Part shown: piece after piece, positions 9,528-18,314 of the stretch
Position numbering within the stretch: position 1 is the first letter of the stretch
Layout of the letters: each line of letters begins with the position of its first letter
Source: Nitrosopumilus sp.
Lineage (GTDB): Archaea > Thermoproteota > Nitrososphaeria > Nitrososphaerales > Nitrosopumilaceae
DNA length: 64,000 bases
Direction: 5' to 3'
NCBI GenBank assembly: GCA_965224195.1
Contig: OZ245040.1
Coordinates: 832,001-896,000 of the forward strand
The notes under the pieces: model-generated
What the model was told of the DNA's origin: nothing
What the model saw: the letters and a program-made list of their open reading frames with translations, nothing else
The model's database searches: none
Translations under genes and position numbers: made by a program

Positions 9528-10409
9528 ATGAATAATTTTGCTGTAGAGGAGATGTATTCGGAAAAATATACAAAGTTGCCTAGTGTTAGTTCTCTTTTGA
9601 AAATATTTCTTGGATTAATCTTGTTTACTATGATTTCAACTGTATTAGTTTATGCTGAAACAATGTCTGTTGATGTTGATGGAGCTTCTTTTGATGTAGA
9701 ATATGTTGCAACAGGAATGACTGTTTCAGGAATTGAATCTGACACTGATTTCATTTCTTTGATATTAACTGTAGATGTAACTGAATCAACTGGTACATTG
9801 GATATTATATTAGATCGCTCTTTCTTTGATTTAACCTTTGAAGGATTAGATGATGACTTTATTATTTTAGCAGACGGTGATGAACCAAATTTTTCAGAAA
9901 CTGCAACTACTCCTCAAAGCAGAACTTTGAGTCTTGAATTACCTGCTGGTACTGAAGAAATAGAAATTATTGGTTCCGTATTTGGTGATTCTACAACTGT
10001 AGTTCCAGATACTAGTGAAGATGATACCGCAGCAGATGCAGCAGCAGTCAAAGCCGCAGCAACAGCAGATGCAGCAGCAGTCAAAGCCGCAGCAACAGCA
10101 GATGCAGCAGACAATACAACAATACAGTGTGGCCCTGGAACAGTTCTTGAAAACGGAGCATGTGTACTTGATGAAAGATGTGGCCCTGGAACAGTTCTTG
10201 AAAACGGAGCATGTGTACTTGATGAAAGATGTGGCCCTGGAACAGTTCTCAAAGATGGATCTTGTGTACTTGATTCAACATCATCACCATCAAGTTCCGG
10301 TGGAAAAGGAATGGGCAAAGAATCGATAATGGGATTTGTTGTGGCATTTTTAGGTGCTGGAATTGTTGCAGTTGTTTTTGGAATAATTGCTAGAAGCCAG
10401 AAAAAGTAG
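9528..10409 (+). CDS. Exported, C-terminally anchored protein with Ala-rich and Cys-rich repeats
   Basis: Signal peptide, acidic domain, AAAVKAAATAD repeats, CGPGTVL..G.CVLD x3, C-terminal TM plus basic tail; start uncertain. Confidence 0.75.
   Translation: MNNFAVEEMYSEKYTKLPSVSSLLKIFLGLILFTMISTVLVYAETMSVDVDGASFDVEYVATGMTVSGIESDTDFISLILTVDVTESTGTLDIILDRSFFDLTFEGLDDDFIILADGDEPNFSETATTPQSRTLSLELPAGTEEIEIIGSVFGDSTTVVPDTSEDDTAADAAAVKAAATADAAAVKAAATADAADNTTIQCGPGTVLENGACVLDERCGPGTVLENGACVLDERCGPGTVLKDGSCVLDSTSSPSSSGGKGMGKESIMGFVVAFLGAGIVAVVFGIIARSQKK
10030..10110 (+). repeat. 33-bp tandem repeat (Ala-rich linker)
   Basis: cagcagatgcagcagcagtcaaagccgcagcaa, about 2.4 copies. Confidence 0.85.
10128..10274 (+). 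repeat. 51-bp tandem repeat x3 (CGPGTVLENGACVLDER)
   Basis: Two identical copies at 10128 and 10179, diverged third at 10230. Confidence 0.92.
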
Positions 10410-10925
10410 TTAATCACAAATCAAATCTTCAGCATTCATCATTTTATCAAAATCAAACCCTGACATCTGAATTGTAGATGAATATGGGATTATTCCTAAA
10501 ATTGGCATATTTGCTTGTACAACTACAATGAACTGATTTGGATCTAGTCTGATGTCTCCTCCGTCAAATTCAAAATCTAATGCCATGAATATGTGCTGAG
10601 CTGCAGATAATTTTTCTGAAGAAAATGTTACTTCTTGTATAGTTGATGACCTTGGATTTATTGTAGATGGCTCAATTGAAAATGAGCCCAAATTAGTTGC
10701 TTCAAAAAATGAAATGATTTCTAGTTTTTCAAAACTTATCCAAAATGGCATTAAATTACATAATTCCATTTCTCCATGATTAGACATTGTAAAAAAACTA
10801 AACTGTCCTGGATTGTCCCATCTATATTCTAAATTCTGCATGCCGATTATACTTAATCCTGAATGTGCAAATGGTAAAATGATTACAATGATTGCAATCA
10901 TTGTTATGATTGAATGCTTATTCAT
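10410..10925 (-). CDS. Hypothetical exported protein
   Basis: 171-aa ORF with N-terminal hydrophobic helix; 4-bp overlap with upstream gene. Confidence 0.7.
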   Translation of the reverse strand: MNKHSIITMIAIIVIILPFAHSGLSIIGMQNLEYRWDNPGQFSFFTMSNHGEMELCNLMPFWISFEKLEIISFFEATNLGSFSIEPSTINPRSSTIQEVTFSSEKLSAAQHIFMALDFEFDGGDIRLDPNQFIVVVQANMPILGIIPYSSTIQMSGFDFDKMMNAEDLICD

Positions 10926-11581
10926 ATTCCGGTTTCCACTTTTGTTGGAAATCCAATGATATTTCTTTCAAGCAAGTTGTTCATCGCATTAGAAAAACTA
11001 TCATCTGATATTGCTCCTTCCAACCACCAATAACCGATATTTTTTACCCATTTGGGGACTTTTACATCATATACATTATCTTCATTTATTTCAAATGGAA
11101 TATTTACTAATTTAGTATCAACATATTTTTGAAATGCATCTAATAGAAAGCCATCGGAGATATTCCCAGAAAGCCAGTTTGCCATTATTGGTTTAATTAA
11201 CTCTGGAATACAGATAGAGTCAGATTCTATCAATTCAAATTCTGCAGAAGTTACTGCTCCTGAATATTGAACATCAATGAAATATTTTCCTAGTGGGAAA
11301 ATCTCTGCTTCAAATGGAATTAGCGATGGAATGGGATTTTGTAATTCTGTAATTTCTATTGGTATTGCACTGCTACCTTTTCCTGACTCATCACTAATGT
11401 GAATTATTGCAGGATCTCCTGTAACTTCGGAGACCTCAATTGTGTAGAATAATTTTTCACAATAACTGTATGTGGTTTGTTCCATAATTATTGAAATTGA
11501 TGGCTCTGCATGAACTAGGGGCAAAAAAGGTATAATTCCAAAAATGAATAATACTGATAATACTGATGTTTTGGCTATCAT
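10922..11581 (-). CDS. Secreted protein with thaumarchaeal WVKN..WW..G.ISD repeat domain
   Basis: Signal peptide; VPKWVKNIGYWWLEGAISDDSF motif. Confidence 0.75.
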   Translation of the reverse strand: MIAKTSVLSVLFIFGIIPFLPLVHAEPSISIIMEQTTYSYCEKLFYTIEVSEVTGDPAIIHISDESGKGSSAIPIEITELQNPIPSLIPFEAEIFPLGKYFIDVQYSGAVTSAEFELIESDSICIPELIKPIMANWLSGNISDGFLLDAFQKYVDTKLVNIPFEINEDNVYDVKVPKWVKNIGYWWLEGAISDDSFSNAMNNLLERNIIGFPTKVETGI

Positions 11582-11799
11582 CTTTTCTTAAAGTTAGCAC
11601 TGTTCAATAAAAATCTCAAAGTAATGTTGAGGAATCTTTTTTAATAACTTTGACCAACTTTATTTATCGAATTTTCTGTGGAAGCGAATCTTTGAGTGTG
11701 CGGCTTGTGAACCACCATTCAAGGCAATTTTTACTGATTAGTGTTGCTTAGGTATGATTTTCGATTTACATTATTAAAGGGGATTTTTCTATTCTCGAT

Positions 11800-12255
11800 A
11801 TGCCTAGCTATCAAGATCAAACGTGGATCAGACTATGGAAAGAAAATTCCCCTGAAATACGTGAACGTGTAATTAAATGGCGTAAAGAAACTGCAGTCAT
11901 ACGTATTGATAAGCCAAGTAGATTACAAAGGGCTAGAAGATTAGGTTACAAAGCAAAACAAGGTATCATTGTTGTTAGAATGAGAGTCGGTACTGGTGGT
12001 ATGAGAAAACAAAGACCTACTGGTGGTAGAAGACCAAAACATCTAGGTGTTACCAGAATCAAAGCAGATGATGATATGAAGACTGTTGCAAATAGAAGAG
12101 TTCTCCAAAGATATCCCAATATGAAATTTTTAGGATCTTACTTTGTCTATAAAGATGGAAAACATTACTGGTTTGAAGTAATTTTAGCAGATCCTGATCA
12201 TCCTCGAATTGCTCAGGATAAAGAAATAACCAAAAGAATTCCTAGAACTGCATAA
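11800..12255 (+). CDS. rpl15e: 50S ribosomal protein L15e
   Basis: ARRLGYKAKQG, RRPKHLG, WFEVILADPDHP. Confidence 0.95.
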   Translation: MPSYQDQTWIRLWKENSPEIRERVIKWRKETAVIRIDKPSRLQRARRLGYKAKQGIIVVRMRVGTGGMRKQRPTGGRRPKHLGVTRIKADDDMKTVANRRVLQRYPNMKFLGSYFVYKDGKHYWFEVILADPDHPRIAQDKEITKRIPRTA

Positions 12256-12256
12256 A

Positions 12257-12808
12257 TTGAAAAAAATATTATTTGTATTTGTAGCATTATTTCTTGTACT
12301 AACTCCGGCATATGGCGCATTATCTGATGCTACTGGATTAGTTAATAGATTAGATGTTGAAACAAGCGGACATACTTTTGAAGTACAAGTTACTTCTAAT
12401 TTTGATATCCCAAATTTTGAATTTAATAAAGATGAGAAAAAATTAACTTTTTACATATCAAGTGGATTGGAAAATAATCTAGGTGAAGTAATTCTTCCTC
12501 GGAATCTTTTGGGAGGAAATCTGACCTTTTATCTTAATGACCAAGAGTATATTCCTCAGATAAGAACAAATGAAAAAATTTCTTTTGTAACTTTAAATTT
12601 TACAGGGATTGGAGATAATACATTAGATATTGTTGGAACTGACTATCTTTTTGGTTTAACTGAAATAATTGTTGATACCCCTCCACCTGATCTTATATCT
12701 TTAGATGATTACGATGAAGGATCCATCTACATACCGATAATTGTAACACTTTTGATCATTGGTGTAATGGTTAGTGTAATTATACTCATAGTTAAAAGAA
12801 GAAAATAA
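12257..12808 (+). CDS. Exported membrane-anchored hypothetical protein
   Basis: Signal peptide, LPRNLLGG, C-terminal TM plus KRRK. Confidence 0.75.
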   Translation: MKKILFVFVALFLVLTPAYGALSDATGLVNRLDVETSGHTFEVQVTSNFDIPNFEFNKDEKKLTFYISSGLENNLGEVILPRNLLGGNLTFYLNDQEYIPQIRTNEKISFVTLNFTGIGDNTLDIVGTDYLFGLTEIIVDTPPPDLISLDDYDEGSIYIPIIVTLLIIGVMVSVIILIVKRRK

Positions 12809-12842
12809 AATATACTAGAATTTTCTATTTTTAATACTTGAT

Positions 12843-12923
12843 ATGGATAATGCAAAAATTGCTCTTGTTAGTGGATTTGTAATTGTTGTAGTATTATCTA
12901 TTGCACTGGTTTTGATTAGATAA
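12843..12923 (+). CDS. 26-aa single-TM microprotein (not in track)
   Basis: MDNAKIALVSGFVIVVVLSIALVLIR; fills the intergenic gap. Confidence 0.5.
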   Translation: MDNAKIALVSGFVIVVVLSIALVLIR

Positions 12924-12924
12924 T

Positions 12925-13590
12925 TTAATTTTCATTAAGTAATTTTTGAATCATGGCATCAACATGTCCTGATTGCCCAAATGATACATCTCTGAGAATT
13001 CCTTTTCTATCTACGATTACCATGGATGGTGTGCCTTGAAGGGCAAATTTTTCAAATGTTTCAGCTGAATATTCTTTGGATTTCATGTAACTTTTTACTC
13101 TTTCAATAATTTGATTTTTGTACTCATCTGGCTGTGAATCAAACTCTGGGATTTGTGGATAAATAAACTCCATAATTTTTTCTTGACTGATTTCTCCTGA
13201 AGTTTTTATGAGATTATCCATTGCTAGTGGAAATGGAATTTTAAATGAAAGCTTGTTTCCTTCTTTTAATTGACCGTATGATGAAAGTGCATCTTTAGTT
13301 TCTCCAATTACTTCACCTGTCTCTGCAAGTATTTTCAAATTATCTAATGTATTTTTATCAAAATCTTCAAAAGCTGTAGCTAGACCCAAAACTCGTACTC
13401 CGTCATCTTTGTATTTGTTATAGATGTTGATTGCTTCAGGAATTGCGTTCATGAAACATCCTGGACAATTCACTTGAAACACTTCTAACAAAACGATGTG
13501 ATCTTTTTCTTGATCAAAATTTGTTGGTGCACCTTGTACCCATTCGGAAACTCCAAAATTTGGTGCCTTTTCGCCAATTTTTATGCCCAT
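12925..13590 (-). CDS. Thioredoxin-fold redoxin (TlpA/AhpC-TSA-like)
   Basis: GEKAPNF, FQVNCPGC (CxxC), QGTPS...DRKG. Confidence 0.85.
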   Translation of the reverse strand: MGIKIGEKAPNFGVSEWVQGAPTNFDQEKDHIVLLEVFQVNCPGCFMNAIPEAINIYNKYKDDGVRVLGLATAFEDFDKNTLDNLKILAETGEVIGETKDALSSYGQLKEGNKLSFKIPFPLAMDNLIKTSGEISQEKIMEFIYPQIPEFDSQPDEYKNQIIERVKSYMKSKEYSAETFEKFALQGTPSMVIVDRKGILRDVSFGQSGHVDAMIQKLLNEN

Positions 13591-13689
13591 TATCCATTAT
13601 CTGACTTTTTCCATTAAATAGATATCTCAACAGATTCTTGATTTTTTCTTAAGTAACCTAATATAGGACACAAAAAATTCCAAAATAAA

Positions 13690-14178
13690 ATGCAGGTAAT
13701 TACTGAAGATAGAATGGCACTTTTTGCAGAGATGGAATCAAAATATGAACAAAAAGATACTGAATACTTTATTTCTCTTTTAGAACATCCCGACTATGTT
13801 GTTAGAACAAGAGTTGCATGTATTTTAGTTGATTTTGGAGGAGAAGATAAAGTTCCTCATATTGCTAAGGTTTTAAAAAATGATGAAAATGAATTGGTTC
13901 GGCATGAGGCAGCTTTTGCTTTAGGCCAAATGTCTTACTCCAGTGCTATTCCACCACTAACTGATGCAACTCTCAATGATCCTAGTATGTTTGTACGTCA
14001 TGAAGCTGCCATAGCTTTGGGTGTTGTTGGTTCTAAAGAAGCAAAAGAGTCTCTTCAAAAGGCTCTAAACGATCCTGAAAAATCAGTCATTGAATCGGCA
14101 GTTGTTGCATTATCTAATATTGAATTTATGGAAAAGTTAAGTAAGAACGAAAAGTTTGCAAAGTTAACAGGTGGATGA
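13690..14178 (+). CDS. HEAT/PBS-lyase repeat protein resembling half of deoxyhypusine hydroxylase
   Basis: VRHEAAFALGQM and VRHEAAIALG repeats. Confidence 0.8.
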   Translation: MQVITEDRMALFAEMESKYEQKDTEYFISLLEHPDYVVRTRVACILVDFGGEDKVPHIAKVLKNDENELVRHEAAFALGQMSYSSAIPPLTDATLNDPSMFVRHEAAIALGVVGSKEAKESLQKALNDPEKSVIESAVVALSNIEFMEKLSKNEKFAKLTGG

Positions 14179-15109
14179 GATGAACTTTTCTTATGGAATA
14201 ATTGGTATTGTAGGCGTTCTTGCAGCAATCTCTATTGGATTCATTGCTATGGATCCTCCTGGTATTATTGAACCACGGGTTGAAGAAAATCTAGTTGCAT
14301 GTACAATGCAATGGGATCCAATGTGTGGAGTTGATGGTGAAACTTATGGAAATCAATGTGGATTAGATACTGCTGATATTGAATTAGATTATTCTGTAGA
14401 ATGTATTGATGTAGAAATAATTTCTGTTACTTCTTACATTATGCTTAAGACTGCTATTGTAGGTGAGACTTTACTTATGGAAGTTGAATTTAGAGATGAC
14501 GATAAGAATATTGTTGATCACGTAAATTATGATATATCTGCAACACAAAATGGTGAAAGTATACTTTCTGAACCTGGTTCACACCGCCATCCGGGAATGC
14601 ACTCCATTCATGAAACAACTATTCTTGATGAATCTTCAGTTGAAATTTTAGTAGTAATACAAGGTTTAGGTCATGGTGAAGATATTACTGAACCAATTGG
14701 TGTTTCAAGTTCCATTAGTATAATCCCTGAACCAACACCAGAATCTGAACCAACACCAGAATCTGAACCAACACCAGAATCTGAACCAACACCAGAACCT
14801 GAATTATTACCAATGACTGCTATTGTTTCAATTCCTGCAGGATCTGCAGTACCGGGATGTGACGACACGGATGAATGTTATTTACCTTATGAAGTAACTA
14901 TAGCAACTGGTGCAACTGTTTCTTGGAGTAATGATGACTCTGCAGCACACACAGTAACATCCGGACAAGTGCCAGAAATAGATGGTGTTTTTGATTCCAG
15001 TTTATTTATGTCTGGATCTGTTTTTGAATTTACTTTTGATGAAGCCGGAACTTATGATTATTTCTGTTTGGTTCATCCTTGGATGACTGGAATTGTTAAT
15101 GTTCACTAG
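14171..15109 (+). CDS. Membrane-anchored blue copper protein with Kazal-like domain
   Basis: N-terminal TM; CTMQWDPMCGVDGETYGNQC (Kazal); Pro/Glu linker; HTVTSG...YFCLVHPWM type-1 Cu site. Confidence 0.88.
   Translation: MDEMNFSYGIIGIVGVLAAISIGFIAMDPPGIIEPRVEENLVACTMQWDPMCGVDGETYGNQCGLDTADIELDYSVECIDVEIISVTSYIMLKTAIVGETLLMEVEFRDDDKNIVDHVNYDISATQNGESILSEPGSHRHPGMHSIHETTILDESSVEILVVIQGLGHGEDITEPIGVSSSISIIPEPTPESEPTPESEPTPESEPTPEPELLPMTAIVSIPAGSAVPGCDDTDECYLPYEVTIATGATVSWSNDDSAAHTVTSGQVPEIDGVFDSSLFMSGSVFEFTFDEAGTYDYFCLVHPWMTGIVNVH
14729..14800 (+). repeat. 18-bp tandem repeat x4 (EPTPES linker)
   Basis: gaaccaacaccagaatct x3 plus one variant copy. Confidence 0.92.
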
Positions 15110-17175
15110 AGTGCTGTAACTTTACTTCCTTGATTATTTGATTCAAATCTGTAAATTTGCTCAACTGTGGAATCTTCAAAAATTTCTGCATCGTGAGTAA
15201 TTATTAGGAATTGCATTCTAGTTTCTGAATTTGATATATCTGATAATTGTGATAATACTCTAACTAGAGATTTTTTACGTTCAGCATCTAGATGAGTTGT
15301 AGGTTCATCTAAAATCATTAAATTGAGATTTGATGCCCCCAGAAGGCTTGCCATGCCCAATCGTAATGCAAGTGCAACGCTGACTTTTTCTCCTCCACTT
15401 AGAGATTCTAATTCTAAAACCTCTGTTTTTGAATAACATGCTATTGAGATATCTCTTGTTTTTTCTGATAACATGATTCGTTGAATTTTAGTATTTAGTA
15501 ATGTCAGATATTCTGATGCCTTGGCAGAAATTGTATTTAATGCCCAAGATCTTAAGCTTGTAGCAACAGGCCCATCTCTACTGAAAATATTTATTTGAAT
15601 TTCATTAAGATTTGAAACATATTCTTTCACCACCTTTAATTCGATAACTGCTTTTTCTATGGTATTGATTTGTCCTTCTCCTTTTGAAATTTTTTCTGAA
15701 ATCCCACCTATCTTTTGATCTATTTGAGATAAACTCATTTGTTTTTCATTAATTGAAATTTTTAAATTGTTAAATTCTTGTTCATCAAAACCTTTGGTTT
15801 CATTTTCTAGTTTAGAAATATTTTCAAAAATCATTTTAGCATGAGTATCTATCGTTGATATTTCTAATAAAGTCCCATTAGTTGTGAGGGGAATTTTCTG
15901 CTTTTTGACATTCACATCTTCTTGAATTTTTATTAATTCTTCTTTATTATTTATTGAATAAGCTCTAAGTGTTGCTTCAGCATCTCTTGCACTTTGTAGT
16001 TTTGTTGAAAATTCTTTATTTTTTTGATTATACATGTCTCTTTCTTTCTCTTTTGAAATGATTTGGTTTCCAATCTCTGTGATTTCTTGACGAAGATGGT
16101 TTTCTTGAAATAATGGATTTAATTTTTCTACGTTTGAATCACACACTGGACATTTGTTATTTTTTAATTGAAGTTTTGATGCGAGTGATAATTTTTCTTT
16201 CAATGATATTGTCTGGTTTGTCATTTTCTGGATTTTTTTGAGTGTTTCATCAATGGCTTCCTCAACTTTCAAAATTTTGGATTCCAAGTCTGTTTTTAAC
16301 ATTGCATCCTCAAAACATCTTTCACAATCATGAATTTTACGCTCATTTTCATTGATTTCATGCTGGATTTTGTGAATTGCTTCTTTTGCATATGCTAATA
16401 GCTCTTTTTTTCTTAATTCTAATTGATTGATTTTGTCAATTTTTGGTGTTTCTGTTTCAACTTTTGTTCTTAGTTCGTCTACTTCTTTTTTCAATTGTTC
16501 TTGTTTTATTTCCAAATTCTTTTTTTCTGGTTTAGATTCTTCGATTTCTTTTTGATATTTTTCTAAATCTCTAAATAAAATTTCAATATGTGTATCGTCA
16601 TATCCTATTGTATTTCTAATTTTTTCTCGAAATTCTTTGTTTACTGTTTTCATTGATTCTGATGCAACATCAAGCTTGTCAATCCCTATGATTGCATTTA
16701 GTAATTCTTTGAATTCTTTTGGTTTAGCATTAATAATTGCATTTAATTCCCCTTGTTGAACAATTGAAGCAATTTTTAATTTTTCAAAATCTAGACCAAT
16801 GACTTTTTCAACTTCTTGCGTCATTGATTCTCCAAATTGTTTTCTTTCGCCTGCTGCAATTTCAATGCGTTCATCATTTACCACTTCTGCAAACGTAGCA
16901 GCTAAAGATCCCTTACTGTCAATTTTTCTTACGGCTTCAAATTGTTTATCATTTATGGAAAAATTAATTTTTGCAAATCCTTGGGTTGCTCCTCGTTTTA
17001 TTAATCCCTTATTTGATTTCCTTGCATGTTGACCAAACAATGCAAATGTAATAGCATCTATGATACTTGATTTTCCTGCCCCATTATCCCCTACAAAAAC
17101 TGTAACTCCATTTTCGAATTCTAATTTTGTATTTGAATGAGCTAAAAAATCCCCTAACTCTATTGATGTGATCAA
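15106..17175 (-). CDS. rad50: DNA double-strand break repair ATPase Rad50
   Basis: GDNGAGKSS, Q-loop VQQGE, CPVC hook, LSGGE, LDEPT, ITHD. Confidence 0.93.
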   Translation of the reverse strand: MITSIELGDFLAHSNTKLEFENGVTVFVGDNGAGKSSIIDAITFALFGQHARKSNKGLIKRGATQGFAKINFSINDKQFEAVRKIDSKGSLAATFAEVVNDERIEIAAGERKQFGESMTQEVEKVIGLDFEKLKIASIVQQGELNAIINAKPKEFKELLNAIIGIDKLDVASESMKTVNKEFREKIRNTIGYDDTHIEILFRDLEKYQKEIEESKPEKKNLEIKQEQLKKEVDELRTKVETETPKIDKINQLELRKKELLAYAKEAIHKIQHEINENERKIHDCERCFEDAMLKTDLESKILKVEEAIDETLKKIQKMTNQTISLKEKLSLASKLQLKNNKCPVCDSNVEKLNPLFQENHLRQEITEIGNQIISKEKERDMYNQKNKEFSTKLQSARDAEATLRAYSINNKEELIKIQEDVNVKKQKIPLTTNGTLLEISTIDTHAKMIFENISKLENETKGFDEQEFNNLKISINEKQMSLSQIDQKIGGISEKISKGEGQINTIEKAVIELKVVKEYVSNLNEIQINIFSRDGPVATSLRSWALNTISAKASEYLTLLNTKIQRIMLSEKTRDISIACYSKTEVLELESLSGGEKVSVALALRLGMASLLGASNLNLMILDEPTTHLDAERKKSLVRVLSQLSDISNSETRMQFLIITHDAEIFEDSTVEQIYRFESNNQGSKVTAL

Positions 17176-18314
17176 GATTTATTCTCCTTTTTGAATTTTT
17201 CAAAATTCTCAAAAATTAATTGTGATGCTTCTTTAATTTCCCCTGTTGCCAATATGGGGAGTAGTTCTTTTATTGCAAATTTTGCTGATTGTTCAGAGCC
17301 TAGAGCATCTACGGATAATCTGTACATTTCATTATCAATGACATTTGGTCTGTCTAAAAATACTGAAGAGTCCGAAACTTGTTTTGTACTGATTCTCCAA
17401 AAACACCTCAAAACCAATGAGTTTAATCTGGCTATTTGTGCCTGAATATGGTCTGTTTCTATGTTTTCACCTTGAATTTTTACTTCAACAATTGGTTTTT
17501 TTCCTTCAGTTACTATTTTTTCAGAAATTTCCCCTATTGTTTTTACTAAATCTTGATATTCTGTTTTAAATGAAATTTGAGGTCTTGCATCTAATTCAAT
17601 CCAATTAGGAATTGCGTCTTTTCCTGAGATGTCTACTTCGAAAAATCCTTTTTTTGTTTCCTTGATTCCTTCACTAGTTGTTAATTCTATAGAACCTGGA
17701 TATGCTACTGGTCCGCTCAGATGATTAAATTGTTTAACATCTTTATCGTGAAGATGTCCCATTGCATAATATGTGAAGTTTTTTGGCAAGTCCGTTGATT
17801 GTAATTCTCCTGCAAATTTGTTAAATTCTGTAATGCCTTGATGGAGAACCAAAATCTTATGGCCTGAATGATTTTTTACACTGTTGTCTATTGTGGCAAA
17901 TTTTTCTTCATATTGTGAAATTTCTGCTTTTCTTATTTTATCAAATCCTGCTAAAATCACTCCTTTGTATTCTATGGGATTCCCTTGACCGATATATTTT
18001 GAAAATTCTAAATTATGATAAACATATGGAATTGGTGTTGTTCTAATTCTACTAATATCATGTTCTCCTAAAATAAAAAATGAATCAATATTATTTTGTT
18101 TTAATCTTTTTAATCCATTTGCCATTTGTATGATGGCAGTTCCATTTGGATTTGGAACATGAAAAATATCTCCTGCAAATATTACAAAATCCACATGATC
18201 TTTAATCGATGTATCTATTGCTTGATTAAATACATCGTACACATCTTGTGCACGTTCTTCTGAACCATATTGTACTAATCCCAAATGCGTATCTGAAATG
18301 TGTGAAAATAACAT
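17172..18314 (-). CDS. mre11: DNA repair nuclease Mre11
   Basis: SDTHLG, AGDIFH, GEHD, LHQG, MGHLH, YPGS; adjacent to rad50. Confidence 0.92.
   Translation of the reverse strand: MLFSHISDTHLGLVQYGSEERAQDVYDVFNQAIDTSIKDHVDFVIFAGDIFHVPNPNGTAIIQMANGLKRLKQNNIDSFFILGEHDISRIRTTPIPYVYHNLEFSKYIGQGNPIEYKGVILAGFDKIRKAEISQYEEKFATIDNSVKNHSGHKILVLHQGITEFNKFAGELQSTDLPKNFTYYAMGHLHDKDVKQFNHLSGPVAYPGSIELTTSEGIKETKKGFFEVDISGKDAIPNWIELDARPQISFKTEYQDLVKTIGEISEKIVTEGKKPIVEVKIQGENIETDHIQAQIARLNSLVLRCFWRISTKQVSDSSVFLDRPNVIDNEMYRLSVDALGSEQSAKFAIKELLPILATGEIKEASQLIFENFEKFKKENKS

Noticed and set aside
10128-10274. 51-bp repeats as CRISPR or as another 37/35 scar
   Set aside because: Head-to-tail coding repeats with no unique insert
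10015-10329. Gln-rich 104-aa ORF and antisense ORF 9914-10417
   Set aside because: Alternative-frame shadows of the repeat region in 9528-10409
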